A stretch of 64,000 nt of DNA, taken from the NCBI RefSeq assembly GCF_050633425.1, contig NZ_JBOEGM010000013.1, forward strand, positions 54,511 through 118,510. The letters run 5' to 3'. The DNA comes from Pelagimonas sp. (GTDB lineage Bacteria > Pseudomonadota > Alphaproteobacteria > Rhodobacterales > Rhodobacteraceae). The position numbers were made by a program, and so were the translations under genes. Of the stretch, positions 9,231 through 19,189 are shown in pieces (within the stretch, counting starts at the first letter, position 1; each line of letters begins with the position of its first letter). The notes under the pieces were generated by a model. The model ran no database searches, was not told where the DNA came from, and saw nothing but the letters and a program-made list of their open reading frames with translations.

Positions 9231-10471
9231 GAATGCACCTTTCTCAGCTGGTTCCCGTGCCTGTTTGGCCCCTTGAGAAGCGCAGGACCAATTTCCTCTA
9301 GAGAAAGGACTTGTTGCGCTGCTCCGTTTTCTACGGCTGCTCGCGGCATACCATAAACTACGCTGCTTGCTTCGTCTTGAGCGAATGTCGTTGCACCAGC
9401 TGATCTTAAAGCCAAAAGCCCTTCAGCTCCATCTTTGCCCATCCCCGTTAGAATGGCTGCAGTCACCTTATGTGCTTGGCCAATCGCCGACTGAAATAAC
9501 ATGTCAACCGAAGGAAGATGTCCCGAGACTTGACTTCCTTTCTTGAGGGTTGCCGTCAAGCAGGTTGCGTCCTTTAGAACAAGGTGCGATTTGTTTCCGG
9601 CTCCAATTAAAATGTTACCGCGTTTTAGGAGACTTTCGCCCTCTACTAATGAAATTTCAGGGGCGCATTGCCTATTGAGTAGTCCTGCTAAGCTAACGCC
9701 AAAGCCGGCCCCGGTGTGTTGAACTATGAGAGTCGGTGGACAATCGGCAGGAAACGTGGACAGTACTTTCAAAAGTGCATCAACACCTCCTGTACTTGCA
9801 CCAATTAAGATCAGGGAGTCAAATTTTGTATCTTCTTTCGGGGTGGATATGGAAGAAAATTTTCGTCCGGCATCGAGATTGGAAACTGAATTTGAGAATA
9901 TTTTTTTTGAAATTGTAGGAGAAACGTTTTTGGAAGTCAGGCGACTTTTTTGCGCAGAATTCAGTCTTTGAGGGCCCGAGCGTGTCAGACTACGTAGCTG
10001 GCCCTCAATGACTTTCGCACTAGCATTACCCGGCACGGAAAAAAGGTCAGATCCAGGATCAGTGTTTACAGGTGAACGGTGGGATTTATTAGGTGCAGTA
10101 AGAACAAGCCAACGTACGTCCAGAGCTGAGAACAAGGCGCGCATCACTTCGAACTCAGGCAATTGCGCCAAAGAATCTGAAATCAAAACAGCTGTGGGCA
10201 AGCGAGCTTCCACCTGATTATAGGTGTTCATTAAATCACCTGTTCGCGCAATGACAACGAAGTCAGGAATCGCGTCAACCAGCGCTGATATATTATTGCG
10301 TTGCGTAGTGTTTGCAGTTGCAACTATGATTGATTTTCCTGCCACAAAAGGACTCCCGGACTCGCGTTGATAAAAATACCTGGTTAGACTGTAAACTCGG
10401 ATAATCGCCTGTTGTGGACGATTTTTGAATCTAGAACAATTCAGGTTGACCGGGAAGGCCAGACTGAGCAA
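9227..10471 (-). CDS. cheB: Chemotaxis methylesterase CheB with atypical N-terminal receiver-like domain
   Basis: The C-terminal domain has 'LILIGASTGG', 'LIVQHT' and 'GMGKDGAEGL', as in CheB methylesterase. The N-terminal region lacks the acidic DD pocket: 'IIVATANT' replaces the usual 'VLVVDDS'. The start codon is uncertain. Confidence 0.75.
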   Translation of the reverse strand: MLSLAFPVNLNCSRFKNRPQQAIIRVYSLTRYFYQRESGSPFVAGKSIIVATANTTQRNNISALVDAIPDFVVIARTGDLMNTYNQVEARLPTAVLISDSLAQLPEFEVMRALFSALDVRWLVLTAPNKSHRSPVNTDPGSDLFSVPGNASAKVIEGQLRSLTRSGPQRLNSAQKSRLTSKNVSPTISKKIFSNSVSNLDAGRKFSSISTPKEDTKFDSLILIGASTGGVDALLKVLSTFPADCPPTLIVQHTGAGFGVSLAGLLNRQCAPEISLVEGESLLKRGNILIGAGNKSHLVLKDATCLTATLKKGSQVSGHLPSVDMLFQSAIGQAHKVTAAILTGMGKDGAEGLLALRSAGATTFAQDEASSVVYGMPRAAVENGAAQQVLSLEEIGPALLKGPNRHGNQLRKVHS

Positions 10472-10790
10472 CCTTTCCCTTTAGGCGTGCGGCCATTTCC
10501 CTAAGCGGAACGACTTTAACTGCATCATCGACAAGAACTTCACCTTCCAAGTTGACTAGGTTGGATAGTTTGTCCAAGTAGTCGGCCAATGCGCCTACGG
10601 ATTGTTGTAAAACATCCAACTCCTGCAACATTCCTATTGTTTGCCCGCTTGGCACACTTTCTGATTCCAAAAAAACTGCTTCTAATCCGTGCTCAACACG
10701 TTCTAACCTTTCGCGAAGCGCGTTCAGCTCATTTGCCACTCTACTTGTAGCTATTTGTATCGGCAGCCGGTATTCCGAGACCACTTTCAT
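10431..10790 (-). CDS. Small coiled-coil protein inside the che operon (CheT-like?)
   Basis: An ORF of about 120 aa sits between cheY and cheB. It is helical and Leu/Glu-rich; the start is probably the internal 'MKVVSEY'. Confidence 0.35.
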   Translation of the reverse strand: MKVVSEYRLPIQIATSRVANELNALRERLERVEHGLEAVFLESESVPSGQTIGMLQELDVLQQSVGALADYLDKLSNLVNLEGEVLVDDAVKVVPLREMAARLKGKVAQSGLPGQPELF

Positions 10791-11173
10791 AGACGGCCCA
10801 CAACACTTTCGATGCACTGCTTCATGGATGCCGCCGTAAATGGTTTTTTAATCATGTTGTTTAGGCCAAGGCGCTTGGCTTCATTTACAATTTCCGGAGT
10901 CGGCCTGCCGGTTACAAGTATAAATCCAATTTTTTGCGTTGGCGGGTGCGTTCGAACTGCCTTTAGTAAACCAAGACCATCAAGCCCCGGCATATTATAA
11001 TCGGATAACACTAAATGAACCGGGCTAGTAGTTAGCCTATCCAAGGCTTGACGTCCATCGTTTTCAGTGACGTAGTTCTTTACGCCAATGTCATCTAGCG
11101 CCTGGGTGATGAGACCACGGCTTGTGGCCATGTCATCTACAACCATAACCCTAAGAGATTCCTTTAAACCCAT
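10787..11173 (-). CDS. cheY: Chemotaxis response regulator CheY
   Basis: A single REC domain: 'VMVVDDMATSR', 'LVLSDYNMPGLDG', 'TGRP..K'. Confidence 0.8.
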   Translation of the reverse strand: MGLKESLRVMVVDDMATSRGLITQALDDIGVKNYVTENDGRQALDRLTTSPVHLVLSDYNMPGLDGLGLLKAVRTHPPTQKIGFILVTGRPTPEIVNEAKRLGLNNMIKKPFTAASMKQCIESVVGRL

Positions 11174-12060
11174 TATTCTCTCCTATTCTTGCAGTCTTCT
11201 GCAGAATTGCTGACCTTGCGATAACTAGTAATTCCAATACCCTCTAGCTGGCGGGTTGCTGATCCAGTTACGCGCTCCGAGTGCCCAATAAAAAGTACAC
11301 CGTTCGAGGTTAAGTGGTTGCAAAATTTTTGCCAAAGTTTTTGCTGTGTTTCCTGATCAAAATATATCGCCACATTTCTGCAAAAAATTGCATCAAACGA
11401 TCCACTGAATGGCCATTCGGATACAAGATTTAATTCGTTAAATGTTATCAGTTTTTTCAAGTTTGAAGAAACCTCAAAGGAGTTTTTTTCGGCGATTTTG
11501 TTGATCCATTTTGAGCGGAAATCTGGAGAGATACCATCAATTTCTTCTGCTGTGTATCTGCCGATCCGTGCCCTCTCTATAATCTTCGGGTCGATGTCTG
11601 TTGCCAAAATACGAACGTCATATTCTTTTGCCTCTGGGAATGCTTTGAGTAATGTCATTGCAAGTGAATATGGTTCGGGGCCAGCTGAGCAACCGGCAGA
11701 CCAAAGTCGAACTCGCCTTCCATTTTTCGCATTTTCTATAATGTCTGGAATTATTTCTTCTTCCAGTGTTTTGAAATGATGTATTTCACGAAAAAAGCTC
11801 GTGACGTTTGTTGTCAATGCTGAGATCAGTTCAAATTTTTCATTTTCTTCTCCCGGCTTCACTAGCAGTGAAATGTATTCTGGAAAGCTGAAAACTCCTC
11901 GGGCCTTAAGACGCTTTGAGAGCCGAGAGTATACCAGTGGTTTTTTGCTCTCTGCTAAGTTAAGACCAAACTGTAATTTCGCCAAGTTAGCAAGAGATCT
12001 AAAATCATCGTCGCTAAATGGAATTTCACCTTGTTTTATTTCTGGCGGCGAAAAATTCAT
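11173..12060 (-). CDS. cheR: Chemotaxis protein methyltransferase CheR
   Basis: 'VRLWSAGCSAGPEPYSLAMTL' is the SAM-binding signature of CheR. Confidence 0.85.
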   Translation of the reverse strand: MNFSPPEIKQGEIPFSDDDFRSLANLAKLQFGLNLAESKKPLVYSRLSKRLKARGVFSFPEYISLLVKPGEENEKFELISALTTNVTSFFREIHHFKTLEEEIIPDIIENAKNGRRVRLWSAGCSAGPEPYSLAMTLLKAFPEAKEYDVRILATDIDPKIIERARIGRYTAEEIDGISPDFRSKWINKIAEKNSFEVSSNLKKLITFNELNLVSEWPFSGSFDAIFCRNVAIYFDQETQQKLWQKFCNHLTSNGVLFIGHSERVTGSATRQLEGIGITSYRKVSNSAEDCKNRRE

Positions 12061-12524
12061 TGACTTGCACCGGTGTCTGTTTCTAGGACGGCGTCCAAAT
12101 TTACGACACGAACCATCGTATCATTAACTGAAATCATTCCGCGAATACTGTGCTTAGTCGCCTCAGACTTTATATCTGGTGTCTCTTGTATCGCGCTTTT
12201 CTCAACAGATAAAATCTCGGAAACAGACTCAACAAGTAGACCAATCGTTGTGCCGTTTACGGCCGCGACAATTACAACATTTCGTTCGTTTCCTGGAGTT
12301 GACCCTAGACCAAACCTTGCTGACAAGTCGAATATGGGAATAACAGCGCCTCGCAGATTCATTACTCCTAGTACATCGTCCGGAGTATGCGGCAGTGCAG
12401 TTACTGGAGTCCATCTGCGGATTTCTCGAATCTGAGTGATCTCCAGACAGTAGTTTTGTCCACCGGCTGAAAATGTGATGAATTCAAATTGTGTATCTGC
12501 AAGTATTTCAGCAGTCTCAGGCAT
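12057..12524 (-). CDS. cheW: Chemotaxis coupling protein CheW
   Basis: CheW-like domain ('QNYCLEITQIREI', 'VMNLRGAVIPIFDL'). I placed the start at the internal 'MPETAEIL' to avoid overlapping cheA. Confidence 0.8.
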   Translation of the reverse strand: MPETAEILADTQFEFITFSAGGQNYCLEITQIREIRRWTPVTALPHTPDDVLGVMNLRGAVIPIFDLSARFGLGSTPGNERNVVIVAAVNGTTIGLLVESVSEILSVEKSAIQETPDIKSEATKHSIRGMISVNDTMVRVVNLDAVLETDTGASQ

Positions 12525-14742
12525 GACGGAGCTCCATTCTGGTGTTTTGAGCAAACGGGTCTAGTGGGTTGGAGTGGGCGAGTTTTATTAGTTCCTCGGG
12601 GTCCAAGATGAGTGCTATTTTCCCGTCACCTAGAATTGTGGCAGCCGAAACCCCAGGAATTGCGGTGTAGTTACTTTCAAGGCTCTTAATTACAACTTGT
12701 CGTTGATCATGTATTGCGGCTACTCTCATTGCTGTTAAGTCTTGAGACTCCGTTGCAACCAAAAGAAGTATTCCGTTTGTTTCTAAAGATTTTTCTTCCT
12801 GTAGCCCAAGGCTATGAGCGACATCGACGATAGGAACATACGATCCTCGTACGCTTACTACTTGGCTGTCGGTTCCAACAATGTGAATATCTTTTGAGTT
12901 AGGCCGTATTGTTTCTAATATAGAGGAAATCGGTATAACCATAGTTTGGTTGCCCACCGAAATTACAAAACCATCCATTACTGCAAGTGTTAACGGTAGC
13001 ACAATTGTAAAGGTTGTACCTTTTCCTGGAGCTGATGAGATCGACACTCGGCCGCCCAATGCCTGTACAGCATTTTTGACAACATCCATTCCAACACCGC
13101 GACCGGACAAATTTGAAACTTGGCCTGCAGTCGAAAATCCGGGTAGAAACAATAAATTGTCAATCTCCGGTTCTGACAGCTCAACTTCCGGTGCAACGAG
13201 ATTCTTTTCGATGGCCTTGGCGAGAATGCGTTCTCTGTTCAAGCCTGCCCCATCGTCGGAAATCTCAATAAACACACTTCCAGATCTATGGGCTGCTGAT
13301 AAGCGAATTGTTCCCACTGGGTCTTTTCCAGCGGCTTCTCTAGTTTCGGCAGTTTCCAACCCATGATCGACGGCATTTCGGATCATGTGTGTCAGCGGAT
13401 CTGCCAACCTTTCAATCACTGTTTTATCCACTTCAGTGGAATCACCAACAGTTACAAGTTTGGCCTTTTTATGAGTGGCATCGGATGCTTCTCGCACAAT
13501 ACGCGACATCCGTTGGAACAGTGGCTTCACCGGCTGAGCACGGATCGCCATTACACCCTCTTGAATGTCACGGGCCAACAGTTTGTAGGCCTCAAGTTCG
13601 TTTGTTAAGTGTGCAACTGTCGGAAGGTCTAGTTCCTCTATGCGTTGCGAAATCATGGCTTGATTGATGATTAATTCACCGACTGTATTGATGAGACGAT
13701 CGACTCGATCCAAGTCTACGCGCAAGGTCGGTTTTGGTCCGCGGGATTCTTTAGGCGCTGCCGCGTTCGATACTGCAGGAGCAGGTGTAGGAACGTTTTT
13801 ACCGGGAACGGGTATTTCCGGTTTCGCAGCGGGCGTGTCGACTGAAGTCGTCGCATTTGGTTGCGAGTCTTCTTGTACTGTAGCTACAGGTTCAGCTAAT
13901 TGAACCGGATCGGGCTCAGTAACAGTCTCCACGGGCAGCGCCTTAGGCTTTGGGGCTGATTGGGCTTCGCTATTCATTGAAATTTGAAGCTCGCATAAAC
14001 CTTCCACAAACTCGAATACGTCGTGCAGTGTCGTTTCACTTTCACTTGTCACCAACGTCATGTTCCACGCGATGACGGCGTCGTTTGGATCGAAGGAGTC
14101 GAAGTTTGGCAGTTTTGAAAGGTCGGCTTCCACTGACAAAGTGCCCAGTTCTGCCAGCGCATCGAACAAGAGAAGCGGTTCATGCCCGTTTTCGTAAAGA
14201 GAACGCTCAGGTTTGAAATGGATATCAAAAACACTTTCTGAGGGAGCTTGCTCTTCCTCAGAGGGTTCTATATCCATCGGGATGTCGGGCAATTCGATTG
14301 CGGCTGGACCGTCAAAGTCTAGAGTAACTGCCGCAAAATCAAACTCTTCCGCTGCAGCTTTCGGGTCGAGGTAGCCTTCAAGCTCCTTTACGATTCCGCT
14401 TTCAGCTGTCGGGTCGAGATCAGATTCATCACGTGCTGAGGCAACTAAGTCGGAAAGTTGATCACCCGAGCGGTGAAACAACGCCATTAGTTTCTCATCG
14501 ACGCTAATTTCGCGGTCACGGACCCTGTCCATAACGGTTTCAAAAGTATGAGCAAAATTGACCAGGCGATCTAGGGCGAAGGCACCTGCGCCGCCCTTGA
14601 TCGAATGCACAGAGCGGAAAACCGCATTGATGACTTCCATGTCATCACTAGCCTCTTCCATTTGGGAGAGACCTTCGACAAGAGCTTCTAGCAGCTCTTC
14701 GCATTCCTCAAAGAATGTATCGCGAATGGAATTCATGGACAT
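12517..14742 (-). CDS. cheA: Chemotaxis histidine kinase CheA
   Basis: An Hpt domain with 'HSIKGGAGAF'. The HATPase domain has 'HMIRNAVDHG', 'ISDDGAGLN' and 'GRGVGMDVV'. A CheW-like domain follows at the C-terminus. Confidence 0.9.
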   Translation of the reverse strand: MSMNSIRDTFFEECEELLEALVEGLSQMEEASDDMEVINAVFRSVHSIKGGAGAFALDRLVNFAHTFETVMDRVRDREISVDEKLMALFHRSGDQLSDLVASARDESDLDPTAESGIVKELEGYLDPKAAAEEFDFAAVTLDFDGPAAIELPDIPMDIEPSEEEQAPSESVFDIHFKPERSLYENGHEPLLLFDALAELGTLSVEADLSKLPNFDSFDPNDAVIAWNMTLVTSESETTLHDVFEFVEGLCELQISMNSEAQSAPKPKALPVETVTEPDPVQLAEPVATVQEDSQPNATTSVDTPAAKPEIPVPGKNVPTPAPAVSNAAAPKESRGPKPTLRVDLDRVDRLINTVGELIINQAMISQRIEELDLPTVAHLTNELEAYKLLARDIQEGVMAIRAQPVKPLFQRMSRIVREASDATHKKAKLVTVGDSTEVDKTVIERLADPLTHMIRNAVDHGLETAETREAAGKDPVGTIRLSAAHRSGSVFIEISDDGAGLNRERILAKAIEKNLVAPEVELSEPEIDNLLFLPGFSTAGQVSNLSGRGVGMDVVKNAVQALGGRVSISSAPGKGTTFTIVLPLTLAVMDGFVISVGNQTMVIPISSILETIRPNSKDIHIVGTDSQVVSVRGSYVPIVDVAHSLGLQEEKSLETNGILLLVATESQDLTAMRVAAIHDQRQVVIKSLESNYTAIPGVSAATILGDGKIALILDPEELIKLAHSNPLDPFAQNTRMELRHA

Positions 14743-15116
14743 TAGCTTGTGTGTCCTGTTAGCCGCCGCAAAACAGACACCAGTGACGTGTCGTCAAATG
14801 GCTTAACAATCCAACCGGTAGCGCCAGCACCACGGGCCCGGGATTTCAAGTCATCCGAACTCTCAGTCGTCAGAACCAAAATGGGTACATTTGTGCGATT
14901 TGGCCCGCTACGCAAACTGTCAATCACGCCAAACCCATCCATTTTGGGCATATTAATATCGGTAATCACGACATCTGGATCAACATCCGGGAAGACTTCG
15001 ACACCTTCCTGCCCATCGCAGGCCGAATGAAATTCAAACCCAGCGCCTTCGAGCGATACGCGCAGCAGGTTACGGATGGTGCGCGAGTCATCTATCGCCA
15101 ACACTTTGGTGGTCAT
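14742..15116 (-). CDS. cheY: Chemotaxis response regulator CheY (first che gene after STAS gene)
   Basis: A 124-aa REC protein: 'KVLAIDDSRTIR', 'VITDINMPKMDG', 'LTTESS..K'. The ATG is at 15114-15116. Confidence 0.85.
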   Translation of the reverse strand: MTTKVLAIDDSRTIRNLLRVSLEGAGFEFHSACDGQEGVEVFPDVDPDVVITDINMPKMDGFGVIDSLRSGPNRTNVPILVLTTESSDDLKSRARGAGATGWIVKPFDDTSLVSVLRRLTGHTS

Positions 15117-15400
15117 TGCGGATTCTCCTTGTCGAAATAGGCGGAGTCTAGTCCCAGTCGTTCGAGCCCCTCTCGAAATGACGGGGACATATCTGTAACC
15201 TTGAAGTCGGCTCCGTCGACGAGCCATTGTTGTTCTGCGACCAACAATAGTTGCAGCCGGTGTGAATCGAGCCGCCGCACATCGCGTGCAGAGACGGTCA
15301 CCGGGTTGCTCCGCGCACTGAGGAGGAACGGGACAAGAGGGTCTTCTCCCGATCGGGCACGAGCGGTTCCCAAGGCATGGAAATGGATATCTGACATTGT
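15113..15400 (-). CDS. STAS-domain-like small protein (CheS/CheX-like of alphaproteobacterial che operons)
   Basis: A ~95-aa product from 'MSDIHFHALG..'. It sits first in the operon, where the Sinorhizobium che1 operon has cheS. Identification rests on synteny and size. Confidence 0.45.
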   Translation of the reverse strand, partial: TMSDIHFHALGTARARSGEDPLVPFLLSARSNPVTVSARDVRRLDSHRLQLLLVAEQQWLVDGADFKVTDMSPSFREGLERLGLDSAYFDKENPQ

Positions 15401-15546
15401 GATACTGCTTCCCTTTCGGCACCAATTGCGCCGATAGGACGGCACGTCTGATGACACTAAGGAATAAGCACCCTGTCTTAACAAAGGGTTCCGCTTTGCG
15501 ATGTTCTGTTCAATTGGAACGATGTCGCCAAGAAAGTGAAAAAAAT

Positions 15547-15592
15547 CAAATAAAACAAGGCCGGGCCGGTCAAAATAGACCGGCCCGGCGTC
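15547..15592 (-). terminator. Rho-independent terminator downstream of fadB-like gene
   Basis: A GGCCGGGCCGGTC...GACCGGCCCGGCC hairpin followed by a T-run on the minus strand. Confidence 0.5.
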
Positions 15593-15623
15593 AAATCTTA
15601 TGCCGAAGTTGGCAATTTTTTAT

Positions 15624-17804
15624 TTAGGCGGCCTTCGCGTCACCACCAAATCGGCCATAAAAACTTTCACCTTTTTGTGCCATGTCACGCAAAAGGTCAG
15701 GGCAGGCGAAGCGGTCACCGAATGCTTTTTGCAGTTGATCACAGCGCTCGGCGGCGTATTCGGCACCAATCATGTCCAGCCAGCTTAGGGGGCCACCCGA
15801 CCAAGGCGCAAAACCCCAGCCCAGAATTGCGCCAACATCACCTTCGCGGATGTCCATCAAAACGCCTTCTTCAAGCGCCCGTACTGCCTCCAGAACTTGG
15901 GCGAATAGCAAACGGTGTTGTACTTCAATCAGATCAGGCTGATCGTCAGAGGGGGCATATTTGTCGGCAATATCGGCCCAAAGCCCTGTTCGTTTGCCCT
16001 TTTCGTCATAAGAATAGAAGCCAGCCTTGGCTTTGCGACCCAACCGACCGGAATCCGCCATCCAAAACAGGATGTCGTCACACGCATCATCATAATCTGC
16101 CCCCATCGCAGCCTTGGTGGCTTTTGCGATTTTGACACCAAGATCAATCGACGTTTCATCGGTCAATTGGAGCGGTCCCAGGGGCATACCGACCATTTTG
16201 GCCGCGTTTTCAATGAGCGCCGGTGCTACGCCTTCTGTGACCATGCGAATCCCCTCATTCAGGTAAGGGATGATACAGCGGTTGGCGTAGAAGAACCGGG
16301 CATCGTTCACAACGATTGGTGTTTTGCGAATTTGGCGCACGAAATCAAGGGATTTGGCGACCGCGCGATCACCCGTTTCTGCACCTTTGATGATCTCGAC
16401 CAACATCATTTTCTCGACGGGCGAGAAGAAGTGAATACCGATGAACTGATCGGACCGGCTTGAGGCTTTGGCCAGATCGGTGATTGGCAACGTCGACGTG
16501 TTCGTTGCAAAGATGCACTCTTCGTCGATGATTGCTTCCACCTTTTTGGTCATCTCCGCCTTGACGGCCATGTCTTCAAAAACTGCCTCAATGATTAAAT
16601 CGCAGCCTTTGAGCGCCTGGAGATCAGTGGTCGCAGTAATGCGCGATAACAGCGCGTCTTTCTTTGCAGGTGTCGATTTTCCGCGCTTGATGCCTTTATC
16701 AGCATAGGTTTCAGTATAGGCTTTACCGCGGTCGGCTGCTTCTTGGGTTTGGTCGATCAGCACAACCTCGATGCCAGCCTGCGCCGAAACGAGCGAAATG
16801 CCAGCACCCATCATGCCTGCGCCTAGAACGCCGACCTTTTTAACAGACTGGTCTGAAACATCTGCAGGGCGCACGGCGCCTTTGTCCAAGGCTTCTTTGT
16901 TGATGAACAACGAGCGGATCATGTTGCCCGAACTTGGGTTCATCAACACGTTCACAAACCAGCGTGCTTCGATTTTGAGAGCCGTATCAAAGGGCACCAT
17001 CGCCCCTTCGTAGACTGCCGACAACATGGCCTTGGCGGCCGGGTACACGCCTTGGGTTTTTCCATTGACCATGGCTGAGGCACCAACAAAAGTCATGAAA
17101 CCTGCTGGGTGGTAGGGGGCACCGCCGGGCATTTTATAGCCCTTGGCATCCCACGGTTTCAGGATGTCTGCGTCTTTGGCAGTGAGAACCCATTCCTTGG
17201 CAGCGGCCAACGGGTCTTCAACAACCTCATCAATCAAACCTGCGGCTTTGGCTCGCTTGGGATCAGACAGCTTTCCTTCGAGCAAGAAAGGCGATGCGCC
17301 CATCGCCCCAAGTTTGCGAGCCAAGCGGGTCGTGCCACCTGCACCGGGAAAAATGCCGACCATAACTTCGGGTAGGCCGATTTTGGCTTTGGGATTATCT
17401 GCCGCAAAAATGCGGTGCGTTGACAGTGGGATTTCTAGACCAATACCAAGCGCAGTGCCGGGCAGGGCGCTTGCAATCGGTTTGCCGCCTTTGTTGGTTT
17501 TCGGATCCATACCCGCGCGTTCAATTTTACGCAGGACGCTGTGCATGTTCATGATGCCATCAAAAAGACCTTGCTCGGGGCTTGTCCCGGCCATGTCCTT
17601 CATTTTTGCGATAACGTTCAAATCCATGCCGCCGGCAAAACTGTCTTTACCTGAGGTGATGACAATGCCTTTGACAGCATCATCAGCCAGAGCCTCGTCG
17701 ACCAAGCTGTTCAAAGCTTCGAGTGCCTCAAGGCTTAGGACGTTCATCGACTTGGCTTTGACGTCCCAAGTGATGACTGCAACGCCGTTGGCGTCTGTTT
17801 CCAT
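15624..17804 (-). CDS. Fatty-acid oxidation multifunctional protein (enoyl-CoA hydratase + 3-hydroxyacyl-CoA dehydrogenase, FadB/FadJ-like)
   Basis: The N-terminal crotonase fold has 'VITSGKDSFAGGMDL'. The C-terminal half is a 3-hydroxyacyl-CoA dehydrogenase with the NAD motif 'VGVLGAGMMGAGIS'. I chose the start 'METDANG'. Confidence 0.85.
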   Translation of the reverse strand: METDANGVAVITWDVKAKSMNVLSLEALEALNSLVDEALADDAVKGIVITSGKDSFAGGMDLNVIAKMKDMAGTSPEQGLFDGIMNMHSVLRKIERAGMDPKTNKGGKPIASALPGTALGIGLEIPLSTHRIFAADNPKAKIGLPEVMVGIFPGAGGTTRLARKLGAMGASPFLLEGKLSDPKRAKAAGLIDEVVEDPLAAAKEWVLTAKDADILKPWDAKGYKMPGGAPYHPAGFMTFVGASAMVNGKTQGVYPAAKAMLSAVYEGAMVPFDTALKIEARWFVNVLMNPSSGNMIRSLFINKEALDKGAVRPADVSDQSVKKVGVLGAGMMGAGISLVSAQAGIEVVLIDQTQEAADRGKAYTETYADKGIKRGKSTPAKKDALLSRITATTDLQALKGCDLIIEAVFEDMAVKAEMTKKVEAIIDEECIFATNTSTLPITDLAKASSRSDQFIGIHFFSPVEKMMLVEIIKGAETGDRAVAKSLDFVRQIRKTPIVVNDARFFYANRCIIPYLNEGIRMVTEGVAPALIENAAKMVGMPLGPLQLTDETSIDLGVKIAKATKAAMGADYDDACDDILFWMADSGRLGRKAKAGFYSYDEKGKRTGLWADIADKYAPSDDQPDLIEVQHRLLFAQVLEAVRALEEGVLMDIREGDVGAILGWGFAPWSGGPLSWLDMIGAEYAAERCDQLQKAFGDRFACPDLLRDMAQKGESFYGRFGGDAKAA

Positions 17805-17815
17805 AGTGAAATCGG

Positions 17816-18253
17816 TCACGTTTCTTCTTCTCCCGATGGATATGGGTGTTTGCCGGTCCAGTGATGGTGTCCCAGCGCGTTCAAAATCGACGACATGCGC
17901 CATAGGCCGCCGTCGGGGTGGAGTAGGGCTGAGGCGGTATAGGGCGCGCGTAAGCGGTTGCCCTGCCTCAGGAAATGGCTGCGATAGGTGGCGATGACCG
18001 TGCCGTCATGGCAGTGTTCAGAGCCAACTTTTTCGCGTATGATCAAGTCGGCCTTGAGTGCTTTCATCGCGACGAGATACAGATTGAAGTTCTCGGTAAC
18101 CTCTTGCAGAGTTGTGAGCGTGACTGGCCCGGTTTGAGTGATCAAGGCGAAGGGGAGCCGAATACGGGCGATCCAACGGGTGATATCCCCAGTTAGGAAC
18201 GGGTCCGTAATATCGGCCAGAAACGCATCGAATTGATCATCGTCAAACGTCAT
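17816..18253 (-). CDS. Paralogous ~145-aa domain protein, copy 1 (NTF2/SnoaL-like fold suspected)
   Basis: It shares a pattern with three other copies in this cluster: h..h....D.....D...W/F......LP..h.T....h..T, then ...Y and ...DG.WR. See findings. Confidence 0.5.
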   Translation of the reverse strand: MTFDDDQFDAFLADITDPFLTGDITRWIARIRLPFALITQTGPVTLTTLQEVTENFNLYLVAMKALKADLIIREKVGSEHCHDGTVIATYRSHFLRQGNRLRAPYTASALLHPDGGLWRMSSILNALGHHHWTGKHPYPSGEEET

Positions 18254-18717
18254 GACGCATCCACCGGGCTTCCGTCTTTGCGGGTGAACGTCATTTTACC
18301 GTCTGCCGCTTCGACCTTCATATCGATGTCAGAATACCAACCGGTTTCAGTTGCCGTTCGTGTTCCAACCACCAGAAAAGCGCCGTCAGACTCCGACTTG
18401 TTTACAATATGGTGACCGTTGCCATCGCCCGCTGGAAAGGCGCAGCAATCGCCAACACTCAGAGGCGTTTCACCGGTGTCATCGACCAAGACCAAATGGC
18501 CTTCGGTGACGATCAAAAACTCGTCTTGCTGTTCATGCCAATGGCGCAAGGATGACAAGGCGTTGGGGGCTAGGCGCACCAAGTTTGCGCCAAACTGGCT
18601 TATGCCGCCCGCATCGCCAAGGGACTGCTGACTGCGCCCTTCCATTTGCGCGGCATATTTTTCTGGATAAGAGGACCCAGTTTTGAATGGCACGTTCGAA
18701 ATATCAATTTTGGGCAT
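18250..18717 (-). CDS. Cupin-domain protein
   Basis: Two-His cupin motifs ('LRHWHEQQDEFLIVTEGH', 'AGDGNGHHIV'). Confidence 0.65.
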   Translation of the reverse strand: MPKIDISNVPFKTGSSYPEKYAAQMEGRSQQSLGDAGGISQFGANLVRLAPNALSSLRHWHEQQDEFLIVTEGHLVLVDDTGETPLSVGDCCAFPAGDGNGHHIVNKSESDGAFLVVGTRTATETGWYSDIDMKVEAADGKMTFTRKDGSPVDAS

Positions 18718-19189
18718 CTAAAAACCTATCATTGTCTAAATCTTGCTTAGAAAAACGAGCCAGTTCTGGGCTGACTACTGTCAAATCGTGATTGTTGACG
18801 CGGGCGAACAAACTGCCGGTCAACCACTGACCTGTTCGTAATTCTAACCGCATGTCGCTTTCAAAAGGGGGGAGAACATAGCTCCCACCGCGCAAGGCAA
18901 TTGTACGGTGTTGCCCGATGATAATGGTTGTCTCAGGGTTAGAAAACTGAGCCTCTATGCAAACCCTATGGTACGATTGCGCGCTGGCAAGCGCCAAGCT
19001 GTCGCGAAAGGCCTGAGCTGTTTGGACCAGTTGGGACGGCAATGTGATGTGTGACCCTGTGTCCAAAGTTCTAATCACCAGGGGGAATACAAACTGATTT
19101 ACCAGCTCGTCCCAATCTCTTGACCAGACTGCTTCGCTCACGTGATCAAGATTGGCTTGATAAATCGCCTTGGCCGAAAGCTGCGTCAT
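18704..19189 (-). CDS. Paralogous ~145-aa domain protein, copy 2
   Basis: The same family signature ('AIYQANLDHVSEAVWSRDWDELVNQFVFPLVIRT...'). Confidence 0.5.
   Translation of the reverse strand: MTQLSAKAIYQANLDHVSEAVWSRDWDELVNQFVFPLVIRTLDTGSHITLPSQLVQTAQAFRDSLALASAQSYHRVCIEAQFSNPETTIIIGQHRTIALRGGSYVLPPFESDMRLELRTGQWLTGSLFARVNNHDLTVVSPELARFSKQDLDNDRFLDAQN

Noticed and set aside
17143-17997. 284-aa ORF on the plus strand overlapping the fadB-like gene
   Set aside because: A shadow ORF typical of GC-rich DNA, with a low-complexity Ala/Arg/Ser-rich translation. The opposite strand encodes a well-supported FadB homologue.
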